NCBI GenBank assembly: GCA_951406725.2
Contig: OX597824.1
Span: forward strand, 26,536,001 to 26,600,000
Direction of reading: 5' to 3'
Source: Octopus vulgaris
Lineage: Eukaryota
Length of the DNA: 64,000 nucleotides
Below the pieces are notes generated by a model that did no database searches, was not told the DNA's origin, and saw nothing but the letters and a program-made list of their open reading frames with translations. Position numbers and translations under genes: made by a program. Of the stretch, positions 27,733 through 43,184 are shown piece by piece (position 1 is the stretch's first letter; the number at the start of each line of letters is the position of its first letter).

Positions 27733-27954
27733 TGTATATATACATGTATATGTGTGCGTGTGTGTGTGTGTATAGTTGTAATTTACAGAAAAACAAAAGA
27801 CCAAACAGGTGTATGAACAATAGGCAGATGTATTAGTGTGTCGCTTGAAAGAGTGAGAAAGTCTTTTAAGTTTCGAGCCTACGCTCTTCAACAGAAAGGA
27901 ATAAGAGAAAATAAACAGAGAGAGAATAAAAAAGTTGTATATTTAATGATCAAA

Positions 27955-28340
27955 CATGGCGGCGGTGATGGTGAGGCTGGTGGTATGGGTGGTGGTTGGT
28001 AATGGTGGTGGTGATGGCAGTAGAGGAGGTAGTGGTGGTGGTGGTGGTGATGGTTATGTCGATGGCAGTAGTGAAGGTGGTGGTGGTGGTAGTTGTGGTA
28101 GGAGTGGTGGCAGCGGTTGCGGTAGGGTGGTGAAAGCGGTAGTGGAGGTGGTAGTGGTGGCGGTCGTGGTGATGCTGGTAGTGGAGGAGGTGGTTGCGGT
28201 CGTGGGGGTGACAGTAGTCGCAATGGTAGTAGTGGAGGTGGTAGTGGCCGCGGTGGTAGTGGTGGTGGTGGTGGTGATGATAGTAGTGCAGGTGGCAGTG
28301 GAAATGATGAATTTAGTGGTAACGATGTCAGTGTAGTGAT
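27955..28340. repeat. Degenerate (GGT/AGT)n low-complexity tract
   Basis: Direct reading. Confidence 0.9.
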
Positions 28341-28699
28341 AATATGGCTGCTAATTGTAATAATGGTTATGGCACTAGTACACGAGAAAAGAAATTCGTT
28401 GAAAAATGTCTATTTAGGGGTAGCATTTAAAGAGAGAAGAAATATCGTTAGCAGTTATAATTAAAGAGAATTAAACAGTAATTGCCAAATTATATTTCAA
28501 TAAAATAATACAAAAAAAAAGAGAAGCACAGTACCGCTACCAATAATAACAATAATATGAATAAAATTAAAACATGAAAACCTAATTATAGTACCATTTA
28601 GGAACATCAAAATGGATAATGTGTATGCACACTCACACACGCACGCACACACATACACACACACACACATGTATGTATATATGTGTGGTGGGTAGGGTC

Positions 28700-28909
28700 T
28701 ATAGAGCGTCCGTCAAAAAACTTTATACACACTTCAGGAAAGGAAAAATCTGTATAAATATCTAACATGTATAAGTACCCCTATAAATATGGAGACCTTT
28801 TTCGATATTTTATCAAATTATGATAACACTGAATAAATTTCATTAATACTGAATAAAAATATACAAATTTTTCCTGTCTTGATGTGTGTACGCAATCTTT
28901 TAGCGGACA

Positions 28910-28913
<4 letters not shown>
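28700..28913. mobile_element. Tc1/mariner-type MITE
   Basis: ~55-bp imperfect TIRs (GTCCG..AAAA..TACACAC.TCA.GA.AGGAAAAAT.TGTAT) ending in TA. Confidence 0.65.
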
Positions 28914-28944
<31 letters not shown>

Positions 28945-28945
<1 letters not shown>

Positions 28946-29130
28946 GTTGAAAACACAACAATGCGAGGACGTGGAACAAGTATAGTGTTATTGGACGCTC
29001 AGGAAAGGAAAGAAAGAAGGAGGATTTAAGGTTTCGAGCGGAGCTCTTCGTGAGAAACATATGAAAAGGAAAGGTCCAAGGAAGGGAAGACGGAGAACGA
29101 AAATCGCAAACGATACATACGCGGTCACAC
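28945..29130 (-). mobile_element. Minimal-HHR repeat family (GAGCUCCGCUC stem II), degenerate copy; also 36330-36490 (+) and 61120-61315 (-)
   Basis: Shared GAGGACGTGGAACAA...GTTTCGAGCGGAGCTCTTCG. Confidence 0.75.
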
Positions 29131-29281
29131 ACACACACATAATCAAATAAAAACGGAGAAAATAAACCACAGGATAAAAGCAACAACGCAATGACTTGCT
29201 ACATGCAAAGTGACAACGAGACGCTCATGTGTTTATACATGGCAAATACATATACATTTGTATATATTGTATGCACGTATG

Positions 29282-29322
<41 letters not shown>

Positions 29323-29594
29323 TATATGCATATATACATATATATATAATAATCGAAATGAATGTGTTCCTCCATTTCCTTATTTGTATAATACATAATA
29401 TATATATTATATGTGCGCATCTATCTATATATATATAATACATAATATATAATATATTTATGTATATGATATTAATAGAATATACGCTGACATAAATGAA
29501 TAACCGTCTTAATTAAAATAGAAGCAATTGTAACCGCAGTAACAAGATTAGAAATAATATTGAGAAGTACATAACGTATTTACGTATACATGTG

Positions 29595-29664
<70 letters not shown>

Positions 29665-29769
29665 ATGAGTGTGTGTGTGTATACTTATGTATAAATATTA
29701 ACATATATATTTATGCATTATATATACACATAAATATATATAGATAGATGGATGTATATAAGCACACAT

Positions 29770-29876
<107 letters not shown>

Positions 29877-30371
29877 CATACACATGAAGACAAAGAAAAT
29901 CACACACATGATGGATATTAAAAAAAAATGAAGCCACCTTAAAAACAATCTAGCAAAGAAATTAACAGAAGTAGGAAAACAATAATATTAACTGCAAGAA
30001 CAAGACTCACCATTATAACTTCCTCGACTCCCACCACCATTACCGTCGCTACCACCACCGCCAACAACATCAACTAAAAAAAAAAAACGAAAAAGCTTTC
30101 AAGCCCGACAAAAAAAAACACAAAAAAAACGAAAGATAAAAACAAAACTAAGAAACAAAAGAAAATAAGCAAAACCAAATATAGAAATGAAATTGATAAA
30201 TATATAAAATAGTGGAAATTATATTTTCATAATAAATGAGGAAAAGTAGAAATGAAAAATGATGTTGCAAAAAAAAAATCTTAATAAACAATGGTAGTAA
30301 AATATAAAGAAACTAATGATGATGATAATGATGATGAAAATGATGATGACATTGATGATAGTGTGATGAAG

Positions 30372-30431
<60 letters not shown>

Positions 30432-30437
30432 CTAATG

Positions 30438-30511
<74 letters not shown>

Positions 30512-30569
30512 TATAATAATAATAATAATAATAATAATGATGATGATGATAATGATGATAATAATAATA

Positions 30570-30685
<116 letters not shown>

Positions 30686-31061
30686 ATGGCTCAGTCGTGA
30701 GTCGTATTTGAACTGACAAGGAAAAAATGAAATGAAATGTAAAAAAAAAGCACCAGTCATCTTCTGTCCATCCTTAGCACTTTAAGTCATAAATTATAAG
30801 CAATAATACATTTTTTTCTTCATCTTCTTCACTGCATATTAATTATTCTACTTAACTATCAGTTGTGAAAATGTGGGTACGAAGGCGCATATGTTTTTGT
30901 GTATGTATGTATGTATGTATGCGTATGTATGTATGTATGTGTATGTATGTATGTATGTATGTATATATGTATGCATGTATGTACTTACGTATGTAGGTAT
31001 GGTTATATCTGTGTGAGCGTGTGTGTGTGTCTATATGTATGTATACATATATATATATATG

Positions 31062-31095
<34 letters not shown>

Positions 31096-31098
31096 CAT

Positions 31099-31132
<34 letters not shown>

Positions 31133-31178
31133 TACGCATGCATATTTATATATGTGAATATATATATATATATATGTA

Positions 31179-31242
<64 letters not shown>

Positions 31243-31353
31243 CACCTATGCATGCATATATTCCTATATCTATAGAATAAAATATATGATATATATATAC
31301 ATATATATACAAACACACACGGTTAGATATATATGAATATGATTATAGACATA

Positions 31354-31416
<63 letters not shown>

Positions 31417-31596
31417 CCTACCTACCTATCTACTTAACTATCTCTTTAGATGCATACAGATATGTGTGTGTATATATATACATACATATATATATGTGTG
31501 TGTGTGTATGTATGTGTATATATGCATATACAACTATGTATAAATACATATATATATATATACATATTTATGTACATAAATGTATATACACGTATG

Positions 31597-31673
<77 letters not shown>

Positions 31674-31979
31674 ATGAAAATACACCCATGTGTGTTAGTG
31701 TATGTGTGTATGTATGATTACATGTATTTTGGGTGATGCTGATTGCAGAAGTGGTCGTGGAAGGGAGGATAGTCTATTCATTTTTTAAAAATTATATATT
31801 TATTGTTCTTCTAGACATAGTTGTAATTACAGCAAATCTTTTGATATGAGGAAGAAAATTATTGGAAAGGTGTGGAAGACGGGAAAATGAAAGAAAAAAA
31901 AATAAAATAGGGAGTGATGTCAAAGACAAGATTGATATATGAAATAATAGTGATGATGATGATGATGACGACGATGGTG

Positions 31980-32043
<64 letters not shown>

Positions 32044-32069
32044 TAATAATAATAAAAATAATAATAATC

Positions 32070-32235
32070 CTTTCTAAGCTAGGCACAAGTCCTACAGTTT
32101 TGGGGGAGGGAAAGCATCGATTACATTGAACTGAGTGCTCAACTGTTACTCGTTTTATTGAACCCGAAACTATGAAAGGCAAAGTCGACCTCGGCGGTAT
32201 TTGATCTCTGAACATTAAGACAGACGAAATATCGC
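32070..32235 (-). mobile_element. SINE family C (Deu/Nin-domain-like), partial
   Basis: GCCGAGGTCGACTTTGCCTTTCAT core on the minus strand. Confidence 0.75.
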
Positions 32236-32329
32236 TATAATAGTGATCATAAAAGCCAAATGAAGTTAAAAATCAGAAAAAAAGAGAAGAAAATTTATCT
32301 GACTGGTAAGAATAGGCCTTGCATCTTAG

Positions 32330-33045
32330 ATTCCCAAAAATAGTTGGAGAAAATAGCAACAGAGAGACATGGTTATGGTTGCAGAAAGGAAGGCTGTAAG
32401 GGGAGACAGAAAGTTTGTTAGTAGCAGCACAAGGTCAAGCATTGAGGACTAAATGGATAAAAGCGAAGGTCGACAAAATACAGTTAGGTTCCCAATGTAA
32501 GTTATGCAGATCGAGGGATGAAAATGTTACTCATATAGGAAGGGAATGTAACATGCTGGCACAGAAAGAATACAAAGGATATACATGAGAATCTAAGGAG
32601 AATAATCCACTTGGAATTATGTAAAAAGTTAGGATTGACCATACTGGTATGAACATAAACCTATACACTAGACAATATAACATGTTGTGGGATTTTAACA
32701 TTAAGACTGACAGAGTAATAAAAGCTAGAAGGCCTGATTTGGTAGTAGTAGATAAAGAGAATAGAAAGTGGTAGATAATTGACTTTACAGTCCTAAATAA
32801 TAAAAAAAAATAATCAATATGTGAGATGCAAATAAAATAACAAAGCACCAGGACCAAGGCATTGTGTTACAGAAGCTAAGGAAATTGCAGGTAAAAGGTA
32901 TCCCTGTAGTTATAGATGCATTAGGAACTATTCCTAAAGATTTGAACAAATGGATAGAGGAAATAGGCACAAAACCTAGTTTAATGCAGCACCAGAAAAA
33001 GATTAACAGTAGGATACTTAGGAGGGTGCTTGGCATCTAAGATTA
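32330..33045 (+). pseudogene. R4/Dong-clade LINE C-terminus (CCHC knuckle + restriction-like endonuclease), followed by (TAA)n
   Basis: WLQKG..ETESLLVAAQGQALRT..CKLC..ENVTHI..C..LAQKEYK; LWDFNIKTDRVIKARRPDLVVVDK; PVVIDALGTIPK; ILRRVL. Confidence 0.85.
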
Positions 33046-33104
33046 CTTGTAACCGGATGGTAGGAGTGTTTTTCAAACATTCTAATCTGTTAGATGGAAT
33101 AATA

Positions 33105-33147
33105 ATAAATAATAATAATAATAATAGTGATGATGATGATGATGATG

Positions 33148-33190
<43 letters not shown>

Positions 33191-33231
33191 TAATAATAAT
33201 AATAATAACAACAGCAATAATAATGACGACG

Positions 33232-33325
<94 letters not shown>

Positions 33326-33490
33326 CGACGACGACGACGACGACGATGACGATGACGATGACGACGACGACGACGATGACGATGACGATGACGATGACGA
33401 CGACGACGATGACGATGACGACGACGACGACGACGACGATGATGATGATGATGATGATGATGATGATAATAATAATAATAATAATAATAA
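33105..33490. repeat. Compound (TAA)/(GAT)/(GAC)n microsatellite
   Basis: Direct reading. Confidence 0.97.
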
Positions 33491-33599
33491 GTGCATTCAG
33501 AGAGCAACACCAACGTCCTCTCAACGATTAGCCAGAGATAATTCTGAAAAAGAGAAAATCTGAAATAAACTCGACTGCCCTCACAAACGAGTATACTAA

Positions 33600-33826
33600 A
33601 AATCAATCCGTCCGATCTCAAAAATTCAGTGAAAAAAATTGGATAAATAATCTAGAATCCTTGTCCGGTACTAGATCAATCTCATTCGTGCCAATCACAA
33701 AGCTAAACATCCCTGAAAGTTTCATCCGAATCCATCCAGCGGTTCTTGAGATATCTTGTCCACGAACAAACAAACAAACGAACATAACTGTAAACAATAA
33801 CTCTGCCTTCGCTAAGGTGGAAGTAA
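33600..33826 (-). mobile_element. Helentron/HINE-like non-autonomous element end
   Basis: ATTACTTCCACCTTAGCGAAGGCAGAGT terminal hairpin, then (GTTT)n, then GATATCTCAAGAACCGCTGGATGGATT..GATGAAACTT. Confidence 0.55.
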
Positions 33827-33899
33827 TTATGATAACGAGTTTCAATTTTGACACATGGACAGTAATTTCGGTGGTGGTTGTGGTGGTGGCGGGGGGGGG

Positions 33900-34262
33900 G
33901 GGGGTAAGTCGATTATATCGATCTCAATGTTCCACTGCTACTTCTTTTATCACCCCCCACGAAAGTATCAAAGGCAAAGTCGCCGTCATCGACGGAATTT
34001 GAACTCAGAATGTATAGACGGACGAAATACCTATTTCTGTACTACCCACAAGGGGCTAAACGCAGAGAGGACAAACAAGGACAGACAAACGGATTAAGTC
34101 GATTATATCGACCCCAGTGCGTAACTGGTACTTATTTAAACGACCCTGAAAGGATTAAAGGCAAAGTCGACCTCGGCGGAATTTGAACTCAGAATGCGAA
34201 GACGGACGAAATACTGCTAGGCATCTTGCCTGGCGTGCTAGCGATTCTGCCAGCTCACCGCC
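33900..34262 (-). mobile_element. SINE family C (Deu/Nin-domain-like), dimeric
   Basis: Reverse complement of 34711-35105. Confidence 0.8.
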
Positions 34263-34710
34263 TCAAAGTAATATAAAATGTCAAATGCTTGGGTGCGTGA
34301 TTGTACCCCAGGCTGTAGTTGCAGTGGTGCTTTTGACAGTGTTACACGTGGCGTACTGTATGATGTATGTGTAGTATGGCTTGTGGCAACGGTACTGCTG
34401 GTTGTTTTACCGGACGTTTAGTTCTTGCTGTTGATGTCGTAGCCATCACGGCTGTTACTATTCTAGTTGTCTACCCGTAGATTAATCCTCATCAAAGTAT
34501 TCCTTATTATCAAATGTGTTCCATCCATGCCCAGTCCACTCCATATTTTTTAGATGCGCTGTATTTTATGTGCCAGTCCTTATTTAAGACGACATGGTGT
34601 TTGATTAGAAGGAGATTTGGTTGCTATTTCTTGCAGACTGCTTATTTACACAATTCTTTCGTTTGTTTCTGGCGGGTAGTGGTAACTATGGTATCAATAT
34701 ATCTATATGA

Positions 34711-35105
34711 AAGGCGGCGAGCTGGCTGAAACGTTAGCACGCCGGGCGAAATGTTTAGCGGTATTTCGTGTCTCTACGTTCTGAGTTCAAATTCCGCCGA
34801 GGTCGACTTTGCCTTTTATCCTTTCGGAGTCCATTAAATAAGTACCAGTTACGCACTGAGGTCAATATAATCGACTTAATCCGTTTGTCTGTTCTTGTCC
34901 TCTCTGTGTTTAGCCCCTCGTGGGTAGTAAAGAAATAGGTATTTCATCTGCCGCTACGTTCTGAGTCCAAATTCCGCCGAGGTCGAATTTGCCTTTCATC
35001 CTTTCGGGGTCGATAACTTAAGTACCAGTTACGTACTGGAGTTGATCTAATCGACTGTCCACCTCCACCCAAAATTCGGGCCTTGTGCCTAGAGTAGAAA
35101 AGAAC
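34711..35105 (+). mobile_element. SINE family C (Deu/Nin-domain-like), dimeric
   Basis: AAGGCGGCGAGCTGGC head, GAGTTCAAATTCC B-box, GGTCGACTTTGCCTTT.ATCCTTTCGG..TAAGTACCAG block present twice. Further copies at 37480-38310, 50138-50280 and 61715-61845. Confidence 0.8.
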
Positions 35106-36005
35106 ATATCTATATGAGCCTGTATCTTCATATGTGTGTATGTGCGTGAGTGTGTATGTATGAATTTGTGCATGTATGCAATATGACGATAGCTTGCACC
35201 CACTATATGTGTATGTATTCATGTGCGTGTATGTGGGTGTGTGCGCGCATGTGTGTATATATATGTATAAGATAGACATATACACGTACATACATAAATG
35301 TATGCGGGAATTTTCGTGTGTGTGTGTGTGTGTGTGTGTAATTACTGTTTATCTATCTATCTATATATCTATCTTTGTACCCCTCTTTCTGCTTGTCTGT
35401 CTATCTATCTATCTATCTATCTTTGTACCTGTCTATCTGTTTGTCTGTCTGTCTATCTATCTATCTATCTATCTCTCTATCTACCCATCTGTGTATATAT
35501 CTTATCGTTTAGGGAGGGGCAGTATGACACTAATAAACAAATGCACACACATATATGTATACGCACATGTATATATTTAATACACACATATACATATATA
35601 GACTTGAGTGTGTATGTGTACTTACGTGTGTGTGTGTGTGTGTGTGAGTGCGTGTGTATTTCATATTCTCTACACCATGTGAAGAGCTGTCTCTACATCC
35701 AAGCATGTCATTAGTAGCTTAAAGACGAAAATATAATTGTTATAAATTATGAGAAAATTAGAACTGCAAATAATAACAAGGATGTTGGAGAGGCACATTC
35801 ACTCATAGTTGTCGTCGTGGTGGGTTTGAAATGAGGTGTGGGCAATGAAAAAAATTAAAGGTTTGGTTATGCGGTTATTGGTGTTCGGAACTTAATTACA
35901 TAGAGTATCAATAAATATAATTTTCTTTCTTGTGGTAAATGCAAATACAAGGTACCGAAAAAGGTTTTGTGAATGAAAACACTTTCGTGCATGATCATGG
36001 GATCG

Positions 36006-36049
<44 letters not shown>

Positions 36050-36099
36050 TGTGTGTGTGTGTGTATGTATGTGTGTATGCATGTATGTATGTGTATGTA

Positions 36100-36135
<36 letters not shown>

Positions 36136-36619
36136 TGTATGTATGTATGTATGTATGTATGTATGTGTATGTGTATACATATATATATGTATATATAGTG
36201 TGGTAAGAAGATTGCTTCCCAACCACGTGATTCCGGGTTCAGTCCCATTGTGTGGCAGCTTGGGAACGCTTCTTCTACTGTAACCCTGGACCGACCAAAG
36301 CCCTAACAATGGATTTGATGGACGAAACTGTCTTCCCTTCTCTGGATCTTTCCTTCTCCTACGTTTCCAACGAAGAGCTCCGCTCGAAACGTTAAACCCT
36401 CCTTCTTTCCTGAGCGTCCAATAATTCTTTATTTGTTCCACGTCCTCGCGTTGTTGTGTTTTTTCGTGCTTTCTTGTTTGGATTAACTTTATATATATAT
36501 ATATAAGTTCACCACCTAGTCGATGAATTGAAATCACTATCGAAAGACCATGAGTGCAACACCCTAACCACTAGGCTGTGCAACAACACGCATACAGACA
36601 CACGCACACGTATATCTTT

Positions 36620-37007
36620 TAACTTTTACTTGTTTCAGTCATTTGACTACGGCCATGCTGGGGCATAGCCTTTAGTCGAGCAGATCGACCCCAGGACTTA
36701 TTCTTTGGAAGCCTAGTACTTATTCTATCGGTCCGTTTTGCCGAACCGCTAAGTTACGGGGACGTAAATACACCAGCATCGGTTGTCAAGCGATGCTGGG
36801 GAGACAAACACAGACATACACACACATACACACACACAGATATATATACATATACATATATACGACGGGCTTCTTTCAGTTTCCGTCTACCAAAATCCAC
36901 TCACAAGGCTTTGGTCGGCCCGAGGCTATAGTAGAAGACACTTGCCAAATGTGCCACGCAGTGGGACTGAACCCGGAACCATGTGATTGGTAAGCAAGCT
37001 ACTTACA
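36620..37007 (-). mobile_element. Near full-length SINE family A
   Basis: Homology to 4468-4872. Confidence 0.9.
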
Positions 37008-37039
37008 ATATATATACGATGGGCTTTTATATTTCACAA

Positions 37040-37420
37040 GTGATTAGCCCTTGTCCACTTTTGTGCCTAGTTAGACAGCCTGTTAATATCGCTCTTCGGG
37101 TGGAATACTCTGTGCATTGCGAATAGTTTTCTCTATCTTCGGTACAACCCCTTTAACCCCTGTTTCCTCCAGTTAATAAAACCCGTACAATACTTCGATA
37201 ATGCAATCGCCTACGTATTGATTATTTGAAACTTTTTTCTAATATCCCCAGTTATTTACACCCAGTATCATCAATCATTTGTGTGGTTTCCTCTGGTGGT
37301 AATTTTGCAATTTCAATTCGATTGCCTTCCCTCTCGTCTGGAATATTACACCACTTATTTTTAGACCAATTTTTGAATATCCTTCCTAAACCAATGAAAT
37401 ATGTTTGCCAAAGAACTCTG
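37040..37420 (-). pseudogene. R4/Dong-clade RT fragment
   Basis: Minus-strand K*LGILE (YKYLG-like) and HRVFHPKSDINRL..RHKSGQGLI (HPKSDxxRLYxxRxxGGRGL-like). Confidence 0.65.
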
Positions 37421-37714
37421 TTTGCTGGGTGTGTACCAAGATTTGAAACACTTATTATCGTTATTATTCTTCCCAAAACAAAGGCTGACAGTTGGCTGAA
37501 TCATAACGGCGCCGGACAAAATGCTTAGTGACATTTCGTCCGTCTTTACTTTCTGACTTCAAATTCTACCGAGGTCGACTTTCAGCATTCCGGGGTCGAC
37601 TGTCATCATTCCGGGGTCCGGGGTCGATGAAATAAGTACCAGCTGTACATTGGGTGAGTGGGCAATGTAATCAACCTTCAATTACATTGCTGGTTTTGTG
37701 TCAAAATTGGAAGC

Positions 37715-37785
<71 letters not shown>

Positions 37786-38000
37786 TTAAGTCGGCGAGCT
37801 GACAGAATCGTTAGCATGCCGGGCAAAATGCTTAGCAGTATTTCGCCCATCGCTACGTTCTGAGTTCAAATTCTACCGCGGTCGACTTTACCTCTCATCA
37901 TTCCGAGGTCGATGAAATAATTTCCTGTTGAACATTGAGGGTCAATGTAATCAACATATACTCTCCATGACATAGCTGGCCTTCTGTCAAAATTTGAAGC

Positions 38001-38093
<93 letters not shown>

Positions 38094-38810
38094 GTCGGCG
38101 AGTTGGCGGAATCGTTAGCACGATGGGCAAAATGCTTTGCAGTATTTCGCCCATTGCTACGTTCCGAGTTCAAATTCCACTGAGATCGACTTTGCTTTTC
38201 ATCTTTCCTGGATCGACAAATTAAGTACCAGTGAAACATTGTTGTCGATGAAATCGAGTAGTTCCTTTCCCACAAATTTCACACCTGGTACCTATAGTAG
38301 AAAGGATTACTTACCGTTATTATTATTCTAAGTACGTTCTCGTTAGTAATTTCTACATTAATTTACACTAATTGAAAAACAACTATTAGCTCAATATTCG
38401 TTATAGAAAGTGATACGAACACCGAATGAATAAAGAATAGAATAATCGGAATAACGCTCGACTCTTCTCATTGCTTAGATGTCGACAAGAATTGTGCTCT
38501 GCTATTGTTAAGGTATCATTTCCTTATCTTTTGCTCCCTGATAACAATTGATAGGGAATTATTTCGCAGGGAAATTCAATTTGGTTTTTCGTCGATAATG
38601 ATTAACAAAATAAGAAAAACTCAATCAACGTCGTTTACTCACCTCTCCCACCAGACCTCTTTATCCTTTCACCTCTGCTTCTTTCGCTACACACAAACAC
38701 ACACACACACACACATGTCTGTAAAATATATCTGTGTATGTACGTATATATCTATCAATCAATCTGTCTATTTATCTATCACTCTGTTAATCTAGCCGCC
38801 AGTCTGTCTG

Positions 38811-38881
<71 letters not shown>

Positions 38882-39018
38882 GTCCGTCTGTTTGCTTGCC
38901 TCTCTGTCTGTATGTCTGTCTGTTTATCAGTTTGTCTGTATGTATATCTATCTTTCTGTCGTATGTATAACTATCTATATGCCTGTGTGTCTGTATGTCT
39001 GTCTGTTTATCTGTCAGC

Positions 39019-39093
<75 letters not shown>

Positions 39094-39105
39094 CATGTAT
39101 GTATT

Positions 39106-39139
<34 letters not shown>

Positions 39140-39524
39140 TGTATGTATGTATGTATGTATGTATGTATGAATGTATGTATGTACATAAGCACATATATGC
39201 ACCCTCACGAATAAACATGAATAAACTCATGTACTATTCACTTGATATGATTATTGTGTTTGCGTGTGTATGCGTGTTTGTGAAAATGTGTCTTTATGTA
39301 CATATTCGAATGCATTTATACTCATGTATATATTTGCATACACACACACCCGCGCACAAAATTAATGCGAGTAAAGGCAAAATTTAGTCGTCCCTAATTG
39401 TGACTGTATGCGCTGCAAGCACATATATTGCTAGAAATAGCAGTTATATCACTTATAGATGTGTAAAAACACATTTATATATGCTAACATAGTAGATAAC
39501 TGCTCCATGACCGAAGCGAAGCTG

Positions 39525-39557
<33 letters not shown>

Positions 39558-39817
39558 GTGTGTTTAGAATGTATAACCAAGCGGCATATAAAGGATTGCC
39601 TCGTGTATATATACTCAATCAAAGGTGTACTTCCTGTAGAAGGCTTCGCTTAACAAAGTATTTTATTTGCTAAAAAAAGTCTAAAACCATTGGTCCAGGA
39701 GTTAGATGGTAAATGTTTTTATTTTTCATTTCATTCGAAATTTTATCCCTAATTGTGGTTTGGAATTTAACTGTCCTCTCTAGCGTGCAGGTAGTCCTAT
39801 GTGTTTAAATGTGGATG

Positions 39818-40203
39818 GATGGAAGCACTCCGTCGGTTACGACAATGAGGGTTCCGGTTGATCCGAATCAACGGAACAGCCTGCTCGTGAAATTAACGTG
39901 TAAGTGGCTGAGCACTCCACAGACACGTGCACCCTTAACGTAGTTCTCGGGGATATTCAGCGTGACACAGAGAGTGACAAGGCCGGCCCCTTGAAATACA
40001 GGTACAATAGAAACAGGAAGTAAGAGTGAGAGACAGTTGTGGTGAAAGAGTACAGCAGGGATCACCACCATCCCCTGCCGGAGCCTCGTGGAGCTTTGTA
40101 GGTGTTTTCGCTCAATAAACACTCACAACGCCCGGTCTGGGAATCGAAACCGCGATCCTATGACCGCGAGTCCGCTGCCCTAACCACTGGGCCATTGCGC
40201 CTC
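39818..40203 (-). mobile_element. Full-length tRNA-derived SINE family B
   Basis: Reverse complement of 53683-54061. Confidence 0.9.
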
Positions 40204-40384
40204 TACGTTTAAATGTACACTGTACTTATATGAATAATCTATAGTCTACTGAATAATTTTTTTACACGCTAGGCTACTGGTAATGGAAATTTCTAATATT
40301 TCAGATTAACATTTGAAATTATTAATTATATATATGTACATACATACATACATACATACATACATACATACATACATACATACA

Positions 40385-40416
<32 letters not shown>

Positions 40417-40535
40417 CATATAATTCATATGCATGAATATCATATATATATATACATATATATAAATACATATGTATGTATATAAATACATGTAAATACA
40501 TATACATACATATATACATATATACATACACACAC

Positions 40536-40594
<59 letters not shown>

Positions 40595-40606
40595 CAGATA
40601 CACAAA

Positions 40607-40787
40607 TGTGCGGTAAGAAGCTTGATTCCCAACCACATGGTTCCAGGTTCATTGCCACTGCGTGACAACTTTGGCAAGTGTCTTCTACTATAGCCTCGGG
40701 CCGATCAAAGCCTTGTGAGTGGATTTGGTAGACGGAAGCTGAAAGAAGCCCGTCATATATATTTATATATTTATATATATATGTATG

Positions 40788-40864
<77 letters not shown>

Positions 40865-41087
40865 GTATGTACGTTTGTATATGTTTGCGTGTCTGTGTTT
40901 GTCCCCCCAACATCGCCTGACAACCGGTGCTGGTGTGTTTATATCCACGTAACAAAGTGGTTCGACAAAAGGGACCGATAGAATAAGTACTAGGCTTACA
41001 AAGAATAAGTCCTAGGCGTGATTCGCTCGACTAAAAGCAGTGCTGCAGCATGGCCACAGTCAAATAACTGAAACAAGTTAAAGAGTA
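40607..41087 (+). mobile_element. SINE family A
   Basis: Homology to 4468-4872. Confidence 0.85.
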
Positions 41088-41571
41088 ATATATATATATA
41101 CACACATCCCTTAGATTTGTATTAGCATCATCTGGATTGATCTGTTAATCGATCTTGTGTTCTAGAGGTTACGAATCCAAACTGATCCAGGTTTGAAAGA
41201 GTATGAAAGAAAAATAAAAAGGGCGGGAAAACAGCACTAATTCTATCGAAACGTAACATGTGTATTGACGTGAAAATGAGATTGAGAGCCGTGCCAAAAA
41301 CTACATCGACGTCTAGAAGACTCGTAAAACCTAATGATATTATGGTTGATATAGAACTTGAGATAAGAAAATTAAAGCAATGACTGGCTAACATATAATA
41401 ATATTTTAATGAACTAGATGTAAGATAGGACTTGGTATCAAATAAGGAAAAAGTTTAGAAACAGAAATTGTAGAGGCATTAGTGTGGAAACAGCAACATA
41501 TCAAGATGAAAAAAAATATTGGGAAATGGACGTCAATATCATAACTATGACTTATGCTGACATTATGGTAT

Positions 41572-41637
<66 letters not shown>

Positions 41638-41650
41638 ACATGAGTGTTTG

Positions 41651-41690
<40 letters not shown>

Positions 41691-41706
41691 TATATATTTC
41701 TACATA

Positions 41707-41780
<74 letters not shown>

Positions 41781-41896
41781 GCTACATATATATACATATA
41801 TATATATTATATATATATATATATATAAATATATATATACATATATGTAATATATATATATGTGTGAGTGTTTGTATAAATATATATACGTATATG

Positions 41897-42010
<114 letters not shown>

Positions 42011-42059
42011 AGGTCTGATAAATAAGTATCTGGATTGTTGCTATAGTGACAAGCAAAAA

Positions 42060-42913
42060 CACGCACAGAGAAGTTGTTCATTTTTCGTTATGTTATCGCG
42101 TGAATACACCGGAAGTAGTCCTTGCTTAAATATTTCGATGTATTTTTCAGAGTTTATCGTTCCAACACATTCGTTCAACTCAGAACGGCCATTGCTGATG
42201 ACAGCTCCCCATACCATTATAGATATACCGCTATGTTTCATAGTTGGTTGGAGTCGTTTCAAATCAAATTCTTCACTGGGAAGCCTCCAAGACCCAAGCA
42301 CGTCCACTGTCTGAAAATAATGCAAATCTGGATTCATCTGAGAAAATCACTCTATCCCAAAATGAACTGAATTTTTCTGACATTTCCTTAGCCCATTTCT
42401 TTCTTTTCATGATATAAATTTGTTGAAGGAGAGGTCTTCTTGTAGCTGCTCGTCCAAGCTTATGCAGACATGTAACACACATTCTTGGACTAACTTCTTA
42501 CTGTTTTGCAATGCCTTCGAACGGGGTTAATTTTCCACAATTCTCTTCAAACAGCGAAGCATCATTTCCGAGAGCCCAGGTCATCCGGGACTAGAATCTG
42601 TTGATACTTTTCCTTGGCTTTTGAATTGCACTATAATTCTATTAGCAGTAGCTACAGAAATTTGAAGATTTTCGGCAGTTTTTCGCTGGCTAAGACCAGC
42701 CTCAAATTGTCCAACAATACGAACTCTTTGAAAATTTGACAGTTCTGCTGAATTTTTTGTGCGTGGCATGGCTTCTCTTCGCAAATGTTTAATATAATAA
42801 CACCTGGAATGAAAAAGAATAATTACATTGTAAATTCTACACCACTGAAAACAGATTAAGATGCTTAGATCAGAAATTTTGAAAATTAAAGGTGTCTATT
42901 TCCTTCCTGCATG

Positions 42914-42920
<7 letters not shown>
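42060..42920 (-). pseudogene. Decayed Tc1-type transposase
   Basis: MPR..ELSNFQRVRIVG..GLSQRK HTH; WDRVIFSDESRF; PTMKHSG.SIMVWG; TINSEKY; frameshifted and truncated. Confidence 0.9.
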
Positions 42921-42957
<37 letters not shown>

Positions 42958-43009
42958 AAATACTAAATTTCTAAATCTCTCGTAGAGACATGTACGGTGG
43001 TGGGGCGAT

Positions 43010-43182
43010 AGAATGGTTGTATACTGTCAATCTAACACGAACGTGACAGTAGGGGGGGGGTACATAAGGACACAGGGAAAATGTGTCAAAGCCATCAGGA
43101 GGCGTCGATGCTTCCTAGGGCTATACAGCGGTGGTGTACCCCCTACTGTCACGTTCGTGTTAGATTGACAGTATACAACCAT

Positions 43183-43184
<2 letters not shown>
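43010..43184. repeat. Fold-back element (~52-bp arms) with structured spacer, within a (TA)n-bounded insert
   Basis: GAATGGTTGTATACTGTCAATCTAACACGAACGTGACAGTAGGGG and its reverse complement. Confidence 0.85.

Noticed and set aside
27888-28336. Pro/His-rich or Gly-rich ORFs
   Set aside because: Degenerate (GGT)n low-complexity tract with no splice or domain evidence.
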